Source: an uncultured Gammaproteobacteria bacterium (GTDB lineage: Bacteria > Patescibacteriota > Microgenomatia > UBA12405). From it: 55,053 bases of DNA. Of this stretch, positions 31,201 to 39,670 are shown piece by piece. The stretch's first letter is position 1. The number at the start of each line of letters is the position of its first letter. Location: assembly GCA_964408995.1 (NCBI GenBank), contig CAYPBP010000005.1:1-55053 (forward strand). The letters run 5' to 3'. The position numbers were made by a program, and so were the translations under genes. Under the pieces are notes generated by a model, which did not search any database, was not told where the DNA came from, and was given only the letters and a program-made list of their open reading frames with translations.

Positions 31201-34200
31201 CTTATTTATTTTTACAAATGATGGCAGTGGTAATTTTGGCACTGGTGTAAGTTCCCCAGTTAATGCTGGAGCAGGTGATGGTATGGTTGCCACTGATCTT
31301 GATGGCGATGGCAGAATTGATTTAGTATCTACTGACAATAACAATCAAATAAACTTTTTAAAAAATAATGGTAACCATTCTTTTTCTAAAGATAGCAGCT
31401 ATCAAACTATAGAAAACAGACCAATTGATATTACTTCTGCTGACTTTAATAACGATGGTTTTAACGATATAGCTACTGCCAATGTCTGGGGTAAAGGTAT
31501 AACAGTTTTTCTAAATAAAATTGACGGCATTAACCCAACTTTTTTTACTAGTAATGGTGGTTTTGTTGGCATCGGCACCACCAATCCTACCCAAAAATTA
31601 GATATTGTTGGTGATATTAATCTAACTGGTACTATATTTGCCAATAATACTTCTGGCTCTAATGGACAAATTTTAAGTTCTACTGGAATTGGTTTATCTT
31701 GGATTAACCCTAGTTCTGTCGGTACCACCTATACTGCTGGAATTGGGTTAAGTTTAGCCAATAATACATTTCATCTTAATTTAGCTTCAACTAACACATG
31801 GACTGGCATTCAAAACTTTTCTACTGGAGCTACCATTTCCAGTCTTTCTGTTGGAGGTACCTTATCAGTTACTGGTAACTCTACTTTTACCAACAATCTT
31901 TCGGTTGGAGGTACCTTATCAGTTACTGGTCGTTCTACTTTTTCTAATGGTATTGGAATTACTGGTAACTCTACTTTTACTAACAATCTTTCGGTTGGTA
32001 ATACTTTGTTTGTCAATAGTAAATTAAAAATATATAATGGCGGAGTTAATACTAACAATTATGTTTTAACAAGTGATAATAATGGCAATGCCACTTGGAA
32101 ACAAAATATTCCTGTTCTTTACACCTCTTCCAATGGTATTACTCTTTCTGGTACTGAATTTAAACTTGGTGGTAGATTAACTGAAAATACTTCTATTAAT
32201 GTTTCTTCATCTTTTCTAAGATTTACTGCTGGTAATGGTAGTACTGAAGCACTTTACATTGCTAATACCGGTAGAATAGGTCTTGGTACCACTAGTCCAA
32301 GTAAAAAATTAGATGTTGTTGGCGATATTAATCTTAGTGGTACTATTTTTGCTACTGGAACTTCTGGATCTAATGGACAAGTATTAACTTCCACCGGTGC
32401 TGGTTTAGCTTGGATAGATTCTGCTGCTATTGGCACAAGTTTCTCTGTTACAAATGGTTTATCAAGTATATCAAACAATGTCTTTGGTCTTGGCGGCACT
32501 TTAACTCAAAATACTTCTATTGGTGTTTCATCATCTTTTCTAAAATTTACTGCTGGTAATGGTAGTACTGAAGCACTTTACATTGCTAATACCGGTAGAA
32601 TAGGTCTTGGTACCACTAGTCCAAGTAAAAAATTAGATGTTGTTGGCGATATTAATCTTAGTGGTACTATTTTTGCTACTGGAACTTCTGGATCTAATGG
32701 ACAAGTATTAACTTCCACCGGTGCTGGTTTAGCTTGGATAGATTCTGCTGCTATTGGCACAAGTTTCTCTGTTACAAATGGTTTATCAAGTATATCAAAC
32801 AATGTCTTTGGTCTTGGCGGCACTTTAACTCAAAATACTTCTATTGGTGTTTCATCATCTTACTTAAGATTTACTGCTGGTAGTAATACAGAATCTCTTT
32901 ATATTTCTAATACCGGTAGAGTCGGTATTGGTACCGCTAGTCCAAGCCAAAAACTTCATGTTATTGGTGATGCTTATTTTGCCAGTAATGTTGGTTTTGG
33001 AGTAGCTAGTCCTACCAAAAAAATTGATGTTGCCGGTGATATTAAATTAACCGGGAAACTCTTTGTTGGTTCGGCTGGTACTTCTGGTTCTGATAATCAA
33101 GTATTAATTACTAGTGGTGATAGCCTAAATTGGGTAGATGCAAGTTCAATCAATCAACCATTATCTTTTATGAATGGTTTATCAGAAATATCAACTAATA
33201 CTATTGGTCTTGGCGGTACCTTAACTAAAACTACTTCAGTTGGAACTTCATCTTTTGATTTATTTTTTCTAGATTCTAGCAATAATAAATCACTTTATAT
33301 TGCTTCTAATGGCAACATCGGTATTGGTAATACCACCAGTCAAAGCTTCAAACTTCATGTTACAGGTGACACTTTGATTGACGGTATCACTCAATTAAAT
33401 GGTAATGTTGGAGTTAGAGATAATCTTGCTGTTGGCAGCTTAACTATGAATTACGGATCCAGCAGTGGTTATATTTTAACCAGTGATAGCATTGGTAATG
33501 CTTCTTGGATTGCTCCTAATTCTATTGGTATCGGTACTAGTTATGCTGCTGGTAATGGTTTGAATATATCTAACAACCAATTTAAACTTGGTGGTAACTT
33601 AACTGAAGCTACTTCAATTGGAATTTCTTCATCATCGTTAAGATTTACTGCTGGTAATGGAAGTACTGAAGCACTTTATATTGCTTCTGATGGAAAAATT
33701 GGTATTGGTACAACTGCTCCAACTTCAAAATTAACAGTTATTGGTGGTGCTTCAATATCAACCAATCTAACCATTGGTGGTAGTTTAGTTTCTGTTGGTT
33801 CAACTAATTTAGTTACCAATCTTAATGCTCAATACCTTGGTGGTATTGGTGCTTCTGAATTTGTTGGTATAGGTCAAACTGGTGATTTCATTACTACTTT
33901 AACTAATGGAATTGGTATCACTATTACTGGATCAGGTGTTAGTCGAAATATTACTTTTGATTATGATTCTTCTCTATTAGCTACTGGTAATAAAATTGGA
34001 CTTAATCTTGGTTCTTCTAATACTTGGACTGGTCTTCAAAGTTTTAACAATATTAACATCGGCGGAACTCTAACTCTGGGTGTCGGCGCTAGTGCTGGTT
34101 ATGTTTTAACTAGTGATGAAAGTGGTAATGCTTACTGGGCATTTAACCCTGATACCGATACCACCTACACTGCTGGAAATGGTATCACTCTTGTTGGAAC

Positions 34201-37200
34201 TCAAATTAAACTTGGTGGAACATTAACTGAAAATACCTCTATTAGTCTTTCATCATTTGGATTATCTTTCTTAGGTTTAGGTAATACTCAATCACTTTAT
34301 ATTGCTTCAAGTGGTTATGTTGGTATTGGTACCACAAATCCTTCAGCTAAACTTACTATCAAAGGAGATTCTAACCAATCCACTTCCGATTTTACTTTAC
34401 TAAATGGTGATGACACTATTGGTTTAGAAATAAGGGCTGGAAATACCAATAAAGGTAATATCTTTATTGGTAAAGATGTTGGAAATTCGACAGTTGATTT
34501 TTATTCAAGTAACAACACTGCCATAGGAAATCAATCTTTTTATAAAAATACCTATGGAAATAGCAACACTGCTTTAGGCAATCAATCTCTTTATAGTAAT
34601 GTAAATGGAGATAGCAACACCGCACTAGGAAATAGTTCTCTCTATAATAATACCTATGGAAGTAAAAACATTGCTTTGGGCAGTGAATCTCTTTATAGTA
34701 ATATTGGTGGAGACAAGAATATTGCTTTAGGCAATCAATCTCTTTATAGTAATATAAATGGAGATAGCAACCTCGCACTAGGAATCAAATCTCTTTATAA
34801 TAATATCAGCGGAAATCAAAATATAGCTATAGGAGAGCTTTCTCTTGAAGAGAATATCAGCGGAAATAACAACATTGCTATAGGAATAGGTTCTCTTAAG
34901 AGAAATACCATTGGAAATAAAAATATTGCCATAGGAAATGGAACTCTTGTTGGTAATACTAGTGGGAATAGTAATATTGCCATAGGAACTGGATCTCTTG
35001 TTGGTAATACTAGTGGGAATAGTAATATTGCCATAGGAACTGGATCTCTTATGAATAATGCAGAAGGATCTGAAAATACTGCTTTCGGTAATTATTCACT
35101 TACTAATAATACTATTGGAGAACTTAATACTGCTATGGGCAGTGGATCTCTTGGTGGTAATATTACTGGAACATATAATACTGCTATAGGTGGTTATTCT
35201 CTTACGACAAACATTGGTGGAACTCAAAACACCGCCATAGGAACTGGATCTCTTATGAATAATGCAAATGGATCTGATAATACTGCTGTAGGAGCTATGT
35301 CTCTTTTAAACATTACAACTGGATCTAATAATACTGTTTTAGGATCTAACAGTCTTTTAAATGGAACAAATCTTAATTCTAATATTGCCATTGGTTATCA
35401 AGCTGGTTATTTATTGGGGATTGGCTCTAGTAATATTTTTATTGGTAATGATATTGGTGCTTCAGGTGATTACGATAATAGTCTTTACATCGGTCATGGT
35501 ACTAACCCAATTATTTTTGGTAATTTAGCTAATGGTAATATCGGTATTGGTACTACTAATCCTTCCAAAAAGTTAGACGTTATTGGCGATGCTTCAATAT
35601 CAACCAATCTAACCATTGGTGGTAGTTTAGTTTCTGTTGGATCAACTAATCTAGTTACCAATCTTAATGCTCAATACCTTGGTGGTATTGGTGCTTCTGA
35701 ATTTGTTGGTATAGGTCAAACTGCTCCTTTCATTTATACTGCCACTAATGGTCTAACCCTAGCTTCTAATCAGTTTAAACTCGGTGGAGAATTAACTGAA
35801 ACTACTAGGTTAAATATTGGCTCAACTGAAGTTCTATATATATCTTCTACTGGTCTCATTGGTATCGGTACTACTAATCCAACAAATACTTTAAAAGTAT
35901 TTAACTCAACTGCTGGCATTGAATCTGCTCCTCTAATTGTTCAACAAGGTATTGCTTACGCTAGTCCTTATACCCAATATATTCAAACATGGAAAAATAG
36001 CGCTGGAACAAACGTTGCTCATATGAGAGCTGACGGATCTTTAACTACAAATAATAATAAATCAACAATATATCAAGCAACAGGCACTGGTTCAACTACA
36101 ATTCCAGTTTTTTCAAATAGTAGCGCAAATGCTGGTATCTATTTTCCATCAACAACTAACTTGGGTTTTGTCACTAATAGAACTGAGAGAATGAAAATAA
36201 CTGATACTGGCCTCATTGGTATTGGTACCACTAATCCAATTTACAAACTTGATGTCATTGGTGATGCTTCAATATCAACCAATCTAACCATTGGTGGTAG
36301 TTTAGTTTCTGTTGGTTCAACTAATTTAGTTACCAATCTTAATGCTCAATATCTAGGTGGTATTGGTGCTTCTGGATTTGTTGGTATAGGTCAAACTGGT
36401 GATTTTATTACTACTTTAACTAATGGAGTTGGTATTACTATTACTGGATCAGGTGTTAGTCGAAATATTACTTTTGATTATGATTCTTCTTTATTGGCTA
36501 CTGATAACAAAATAGGTCTTAACTTAGCTTCCAATAATATCTGGACTGCACTTCAAACATTTACTAATGGTATTGGTGTTAGTGGTGATGCTAACTTTAC
36601 TAATAATCTAACCATTGGTGGTACTTTAGTTTCTGTTGGATCAACTAATCTAGTTACCAATCTTAATGCTCAATACCTTGGTGGTATTGGTGCTTCTGAA
36701 TTTGTTGGTATAGGTCAAACTGGTGATTTCATTACTACTTTAACTAATGGAATTGGTATCACTATTACTGGATCAGGTGTTAGTCGAAATATTGCTTTTG
36801 ATTATAATACTTCTTTATTGGCTACTGATAATAAAATAGGTCTTAACTTAGCTTCCAATAATATCTGGACTGGACTTCAAACATTTACTAATGGTATTGG
36901 AGTTAGTGGTGATGCTAATTTAACTAACAATCTAACCATTGGTGGTACTTTAGTTTCTGTTGGATCAACTAATCTAGTTACCAATCTTAATGCTCAATAC
37001 CTTGGTGGTATTGGTGCTTCTGGATTCGTTGGTATTGGTCAAACTGGAGATTTCATCACTAGTCTTAGTGTTGGTGGCAGTGGTTTATCTATTGAAGGTA
37101 GTGGAATTGGTAGAACTCTTACTAACACTGGATTAGTTGATATTACCAACACTACTCTTATCCGTAGTGGTTCTGATGGTAACTATACTGTTGGTCTTAA

Positions 37201-39475
37201 CTTAGCTTCCAATAATATCTGGACTGCACTTCAAACATTTACTAATGGTATTGGTGTTAGTGGTGATGCTAACTTTACTAATAATCTAACCATTGGTGGT
37301 ACTTTAGTTTCTGTTGGATCAACTAATCTAGTTACCAATCTTAATGCTGATTTATTAGATGGTTATAATTCTTCTAGTTTCATTTACACCGCCACTAATG
37401 GTCTAACCCTAGCTTCTAATCAGTTTAAACTTGGTGGACTTTTAACTCAAAATACTGATATTGGATTGTCTGGTTTTACCTTAAGTTTTTCTGATGGTGG
37501 CAACACCTTAGTTTCCTTTAGTAATAGTGGTAACACTTTTTATAACCCAACTACATTTGCTTCTGGTGGTGATGTTTCTATTGCTTATAACTTAAATCTT
37601 ACTAATTCTACTGGTTCAAACATTAATACTGCTGGTCCAATTTCTATAAATGCTGGTGAAACATTTAATTCCAGTAATTTAACTCTCCAAACCTATAACG
37701 CTGGAAAAATAATTCTTAATTCATCTAATCTTTGGAATGATGGTACTAACTTTGGTATTGGTACCACCACCCCTTTATATGCCTTAGATGTTTTAGCATC
37801 AGGCACCACTTTAGTTGCTCGTTTTGGAAGCAGTGAAGGTAGTAGTTGTACTTTTAATGGAGATGGCACTCTTATGTGTAGTTCTGATTCTCGTCTTAAA
37901 ACTAATATTAACAATATTGATTATGGTTTAGATACTTTATCTCAATTAAGAGCTGTTGATTTTAATTGGAAAACTGATTCATCTAACACTTTAAAAAGTC
38001 TTGGATTTATCGCTCAAGAAGTTGAATCTCTTGTTCCTAAGCTAGTAATGACCGATACTAATGGCCATAAACAATTAAACACTATTGGACTTGTTCCAAT
38101 AATAGTCAAATCCATTCAAGAACAACAAGTTCAAATTGAAGACTTAAAATCTAGTCTAAACATCACTTCCACTGGTCAAATAAATGTCACTTCTAATATC
38201 TCTGATAAAGTCTTAGCTTCTCTTGGTTATTCCGGTGCCAAAAACGAGATAGAAAATGCTAGTTATTCCATCACCAACACTACTGGACAAACAGTTTCTC
38301 GAATTGGTCAATTTAGTCAAATCGCCTCTGCTAAAATAAAAGCCGGTCTAATCTCTACCACTAATCTTATTGCTGACAATTTAGTTGCCAAAAATATTAT
38401 TACTAATAATATAGTTTCTCCAAAAGCCACTATTAACGAGCTAACCGCTGAAAAAATAACCTCTACAGAAATAACTGCTGATGAAGTTACTGTTTCTAAT
38501 ACATTAACTACTAATCAACTAATTACTAATAATCTAGAAGCTAGTGAAGCTAGCGTATCTAATTTATATGCCGATAACATCATCACTAAAGACGGTTCCA
38601 TCTCCGATGTTATGGCCAACAAAGTTTCATCTCTTCGAGATGAACTTACTAATTTAATTGCCTCTAGTCAATCAACTCCAAGTGCTATTAGTGGCACTTC
38701 AATTATGTCTCTTTCCTCTGGTTGGTATATGGACATCGCCAGTGATTCAGCCAAAATAGAAGGTGATTTAGCTCTTACCAACAATTTAATTGTTGGTGCT
38801 AAATTAACTGTCAATGGCGACACTCAACTTGGAAATGCCTTTATAACTGGCACTTTCACCACTGGTGAAATTGCTATTAAAGAAAATTTTATTGAAACCA
38901 CTAATACTGCTCTTTATTTACAACCATCCAATACTGGTTCAGTTCACATTATGGGAGACACTTTAGTTATTGCCGACAATGGTGAAGTCCAAATCAATGG
39001 AGATTTAAAAATTTCTGGTTCTCTTATTGCCAATCTCATCACTGCCAATGAAATCCAAACTGATAAATTAACCACCAACGAACTAAACTCTAATCAATTA
39101 ACCTCAAACGAATTAACCTCCGACAAACTAAACATTGCCACCGATTCTGCTAGTCAAATAATTATTGCTGAATCTGGATTTGGATACTTAGCCACCTCCT
39201 CTGCTCAATTAGTTTCCAATGCTACTGCTGGCACTTCCGTTCTTCCAGCTGATAAAACTGAATTGATTATTAAAAATAATAAATTAACACAAAATTCTAT
39301 CGTTTATTTAACTCCAGTTGGCTCAACCAATAATCAAGTTGTCTATCTTAAAGAGAAAATGGTTTATTCTGAAACCGAGTTACAAAACAATCCTGACTTA
39401 CAAAACTACTTCATCATCGCTCTCGACCAATACCTAGATAAAGATATTACCATCAATTGGTGGATTATCAACTAA
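25118..39475 (+). CDS. Giant membrane-anchored tail-fibre/adhesin-like protein (functional start GTG 25196 or frameshift fusion with upstream ORF)
   Basis: Half core-binding domain, TM at ~25535-25588, FQGRLTD...WLEI..PRQPIATVAYA module, GIGTT repeats, 21 FG-GAP-like repeats, 17-aa NTAxG repeats, SSDSRLK...GFIAQEV S74-like domain, WWIIN end. Confidence 0.92.
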   Translation: MLLKNHLHQLYETISTTFINLLIGLQVNLNNLFTTSRLNEYTAFLKSTNLSDASLKRKLSSLSSFQKFLVKKKLIQPDSNPLTFQTPSFSNETIKKNIENSINQPELKANFLKKIISRFIPDTKYLIPNTKPNNFLFRYITIFSLFAIGVGLGFTLYQQAFIQSNKNLAYSNANNPVKAGRFLSFQGRLTDSSGNPIVAETEIYFQLWNKDIGGTMLYTTLDNGNSQTVIPDENGIFSITIGKSHGPEIPADVFSENAEIWLEITVDDETMEPRQPIATVAYALNAETLQGLPPDAGGYKDTVLVIDSEGNLNLGETSPTIKSISGTMGIEGQAILIKSSEGSGGNIDINPDGQGIVQLINEASDGSLVVSNTNLIMGNLITGQVNTEERGYNFIDFQNKDAFGDLTSRFSVNSYGDAYIDNDLTVSNNADIGGSLSVSDYSIFSKGIGITGNSAFNNNLSIGGTLTLSQNPGAGKILQSDAFGNASWVDNNGSGVGVSYFSGSGLTLNNDTFKLGGALTENMRLNIGNTEAFYIQNSTGNIGLGTTNPTAKLSVVGDIGANQLNITTSGETFGPGTIIYSANSNLSGSINTGDFNNDGKTDLIINDQYFYRVRVFTGNGDGTYQNSTIHQTNDISYFDPSSITIADFNNDNYDDFAITSSNYSDQIIVFINNQNSDFDSGTSYLVDGYSSSINSGDFNGDGFIDLLTNNPDSNNISVFLNNNGTFGTGVTYFSDTYVYNTEISDFNSDGKDDLIYLDGYSGDLTVVLSNNGTFGTGVTYPTNNYGDIEINDFNFDGKNDFVVYDGYSLDVYLNNNGTFNKSTFNISTSGVSQINSGDFNGDDYPDLVTNTDSNNIAVLINNNGTFESNIYYPTNGDISTSITTGDFDSDNKDEIVSINGNTKVSFFNERPNISIITDNIGNIGIGTTSNSLYKLTVVGDALFSNKLSIGGTLSANYISSTNIYNTNSVSTSSLYTTSFRLANNVHNGYILTSDVWGNGIWTAPSTIGTNYVAGNGITINSSNQFKLGGRLTENTSIGVSSFGLSFLGLGNTQALYIASTGRIGIGTTSPSYKLHVIGNGYFSTNLSVGGTLTLTQGAGANKILQSDASGNASWVSPSSIGTTYVAGNGITLNSSNQFKLGGNLIENTSIGISSSYLRFTAGNGSTEALYISNTSRVGIGTTNPLSKLSVVGSISGDNLVLAGNVQLNSFAGFNNYLDSSGGLGTGGIQRITSTGNLTNISSIQAGQLNITSDFNFSIGTSYPINIGSSEPSSITSADFNGDGKPDLATANGGSDNITIFINNGNGAYSTGVDYSNNIGSHPWSITSADFNSDGKPDLATANGGKGNITIFTNNGDGTFGTGITTRAPSYSNWHRSIISADFNSDGKPDLATANTGDNKINVYLNNGNGNFINSTNYSVPCQDPSSITSADFNGDGKPDLVTYEQEHSTLCVLTNNGGNSFIGTTNPQPDIGYSQNNIISTDFNGDSKTDLIVTSHKYDGGNTTTMVNILNGIGNSTFGVGASYQMSLDSYTYNNSITTNDFNGDGKPDIATQKMTWDENNYWSYNTVIIPNNGDNTFGLGITYPSTYGWQNSIISNDFNSDGKDDLAYISGSTINVNLNNSNPTLFTSISGNVGIGTSNPLSKLSVIGDASISSNLSVGGSLTLTQGAQEGYILTSDSNGNAYWAISGSGGIGTVNNGLTLSNYQLQLGGNLIQNTSIGVSSFGLSFLSSGDTQALYIASNGSIGIGTTNPTAKLSVVGNAYFADNVDLGTTNQTAKLEITGNIKINSISHTLDTGTTYPENNDYGRPWGITSADFNGDNKIDIATVDRSQHKFFIFNNTNNGNFDVGASYYVESPTSITTGNFNNDDKPDLAIVSWQTIGVFTNDGSGNFDTGTTYPSHTYAYNNKIITADFNNDSKDDIAVSSYNGDSFEIFTNDGSGNFGTGITYPSTSVRSIASDDLDGDGKKDLVTFNNGYITIFTNDGSGNFDTGTTYSGSGGATNFNGSPMAIADFNNDSFKDIATLNNDLFIFTNDGSGNFGTGVSSPVNAGAGDGMVATDLDGDGRIDLVSTDNNNQINFLKNNGNHSFSKDSSYQTIENRPIDITSADFNNDGFNDIATANVWGKGITVFLNKIDGINPTFFTSNGGFVGIGTTNPTQKLDIVGDINLTGTIFANNTSGSNGQILSSTGIGLSWINPSSVGTTYTAGIGLSLANNTFHLNLASTNTWTGIQNFSTGATISSLSVGGTLSVTGNSTFTNNLSVGGTLSVTGRSTFSNGIGITGNSTFTNNLSVGNTLFVNSKLKIYNGGVNTNNYVLTSDNNGNATWKQNIPVLYTSSNGITLSGTEFKLGGRLTENTSINVSSSFLRFTAGNGSTEALYIANTGRIGLGTTSPSKKLDVVGDINLSGTIFATGTSGSNGQVLTSTGAGLAWIDSAAIGTSFSVTNGLSSISNNVFGLGGTLTQNTSIGVSSSFLKFTAGNGSTEALYIANTGRIGLGTTSPSKKLDVVGDINLSGTIFATGTSGSNGQVLTSTGAGLAWIDSAAIGTSFSVTNGLSSISNNVFGLGGTLTQNTSIGVSSSYLRFTAGSNTESLYISNTGRVGIGTASPSQKLHVIGDAYFASNVGFGVASPTKKIDVAGDIKLTGKLFVGSAGTSGSDNQVLITSGDSLNWVDASSINQPLSFMNGLSEISTNTIGLGGTLTKTTSVGTSSFDLFFLDSSNNKSLYIASNGNIGIGNTTSQSFKLHVTGDTLIDGITQLNGNVGVRDNLAVGSLTMNYGSSSGYILTSDSIGNASWIAPNSIGIGTSYAAGNGLNISNNQFKLGGNLTEATSIGISSSSLRFTAGNGSTEALYIASDGKIGIGTTAPTSKLTVIGGASISTNLTIGGSLVSVGSTNLVTNLNAQYLGGIGASEFVGIGQTGDFITTLTNGIGITITGSGVSRNITFDYDSSLLATGNKIGLNLGSSNTWTGLQSFNNINIGGTLTLGVGASAGYVLTSDESGNAYWAFNPDTDTTYTAGNGITLVGTQIKLGGTLTENTSISLSSFGLSFLGLGNTQSLYIASSGYVGIGTTNPSAKLTIKGDSNQSTSDFTLLNGDDTIGLEIRAGNTNKGNIFIGKDVGNSTVDFYSSNNTAIGNQSFYKNTYGNSNTALGNQSLYSNVNGDSNTALGNSSLYNNTYGSKNIALGSESLYSNIGGDKNIALGNQSLYSNINGDSNLALGIKSLYNNISGNQNIAIGELSLEENISGNNNIAIGIGSLKRNTIGNKNIAIGNGTLVGNTSGNSNIAIGTGSLVGNTSGNSNIAIGTGSLMNNAEGSENTAFGNYSLTNNTIGELNTAMGSGSLGGNITGTYNTAIGGYSLTTNIGGTQNTAIGTGSLMNNANGSDNTAVGAMSLLNITTGSNNTVLGSNSLLNGTNLNSNIAIGYQAGYLLGIGSSNIFIGNDIGASGDYDNSLYIGHGTNPIIFGNLANGNIGIGTTNPSKKLDVIGDASISTNLTIGGSLVSVGSTNLVTNLNAQYLGGIGASEFVGIGQTAPFIYTATNGLTLASNQFKLGGELTETTRLNIGSTEVLYISSTGLIGIGTTNPTNTLKVFNSTAGIESAPLIVQQGIAYASPYTQYIQTWKNSAGTNVAHMRADGSLTTNNNKSTIYQATGTGSTTIPVFSNSSANAGIYFPSTTNLGFVTNRTERMKITDTGLIGIGTTNPIYKLDVIGDASISTNLTIGGSLVSVGSTNLVTNLNAQYLGGIGASGFVGIGQTGDFITTLTNGVGITITGSGVSRNITFDYDSSLLATDNKIGLNLASNNIWTALQTFTNGIGVSGDANFTNNLTIGGTLVSVGSTNLVTNLNAQYLGGIGASEFVGIGQTGDFITTLTNGIGITITGSGVSRNIAFDYNTSLLATDNKIGLNLASNNIWTGLQTFTNGIGVSGDANLTNNLTIGGTLVSVGSTNLVTNLNAQYLGGIGASGFVGIGQTGDFITSLSVGGSGLSIEGSGIGRTLTNTGLVDITNTTLIRSGSDGNYTVGLNLASNNIWTALQTFTNGIGVSGDANFTNNLTIGGTLVSVGSTNLVTNLNADLLDGYNSSSFIYTATNGLTLASNQFKLGGLLTQNTDIGLSGFTLSFSDGGNTLVSFSNSGNTFYNPTTFASGGDVSIAYNLNLTNSTGSNINTAGPISINAGETFNSSNLTLQTYNAGKIILNSSNLWNDGTNFGIGTTTPLYALDVLASGTTLVARFGSSEGSSCTFNGDGTLMCSSDSRLKTNINNIDYGLDTLSQLRAVDFNWKTDSSNTLKSLGFIAQEVESLVPKLVMTDTNGHKQLNTIGLVPIIVKSIQEQQVQIEDLKSSLNITSTGQINVTSNISDKVLASLGYSGAKNEIENASYSITNTTGQTVSRIGQFSQIASAKIKAGLISTTNLIADNLVAKNIITNNIVSPKATINELTAEKITSTEITADEVTVSNTLTTNQLITNNLEASEASVSNLYADNIITKDGSISDVMANKVSSLRDELTNLIASSQSTPSAISGTSIMSLSSGWYMDIASDSAKIEGDLALTNNLIVGAKLTVNGDTQLGNAFITGTFTTGEIAIKENFIETTNTALYLQPSNTGSVHIMGDTLVIADNGEVQINGDLKISGSLIANLITANEIQTDKLTTNELNSNQLTSNELTSDKLNIATDSASQIIIAESGFGYLATSSAQLVSNATAGTSVLPADKTELIIKNNKLTQNSIVYLTPVGSTNNQVVYLKEKMVYSETELQNNPDLQNYFIIALDQYLDKDITINWWIIN
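32221..32861 (+). repeat. Tandem 324-bp coding duplication
   Basis: 32221-32537 identical to 32545-32861; the track shows identical antisense ORFs 324 bp apart. Confidence 0.92.
34508..35425 (+). repeat. Eighteen 17-residue NTAxG beta-solenoid repeats (51-bp period)
   Basis: e.g. NSNIAIGTGSLVGNTSG; one unit duplicated at DNA level from 34944. Confidence 0.85.
36281..37340 (+). repeat. Tandem coding repeats of 324, 324 and 354 bp, with dispersed copies at 33764 and 35606
   Basis: aatctaaccattggtggta recurs at 33764, 35606, 36281, 36605, 36929, 37283. Confidence 0.88.
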
Positions 39476-39592
39476 CCCACTCGCCCTTCAGGCACCCTCC
39501 CTGACAAGGGAGGGGTTAGGGGTGGGTTAAAAAAACCAAATTTCAAGCCTCCCTGTCAAGGGAGGTGGCGAGTGAAACGAGACGGAGGGTTT
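39476..39592. repeat. Inverted doublet of family A repeats
   Basis: cccactcgcccttcaggcaccctccctgacaagggaggg ... cctccctgtcaagggaggtggcgagtgaaacgagacggaggg. Confidence 0.85.
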
Positions 39593-39605
39593 TAAACCAA
39601 AGAAA

Positions 39606-39656
39606 TGCCGGCAGTGTGTTTTTTTGTTTTTAAATACAAAATAACACCTGCCGGCA
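39606..39656. terminator. Long hairpin between convergent genes (terminator or miniature element)
   Basis: tgccggcag-tgtgtt...aacac-ctgccggca. Confidence 0.55.
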
Positions 39657-39670
39657 AAATCTAAAAATCT

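Noticed and set aside
34508-35425. CRISPR-like periodicity or YadA 14-residue head repeats
   Set aside because: Period is 51 bp (17 aa), fully in-frame, with synonymous divergence
24766-39475. Prophage or integrative element (integrase-like gene plus tail-fibre-like gene)
   Set aside because: No catalytic integrase domain, terminase, portal or capsid; the fibre has a TM anchor; no second copy of the tRNA-Arg 3' end was seen as an att site
25118-39475. Diversity-generating retroelement acting on the giant gene
   Set aside because: No reverse transcriptase in the window, and repeat differences are not confined to adenine positions as far as inspected
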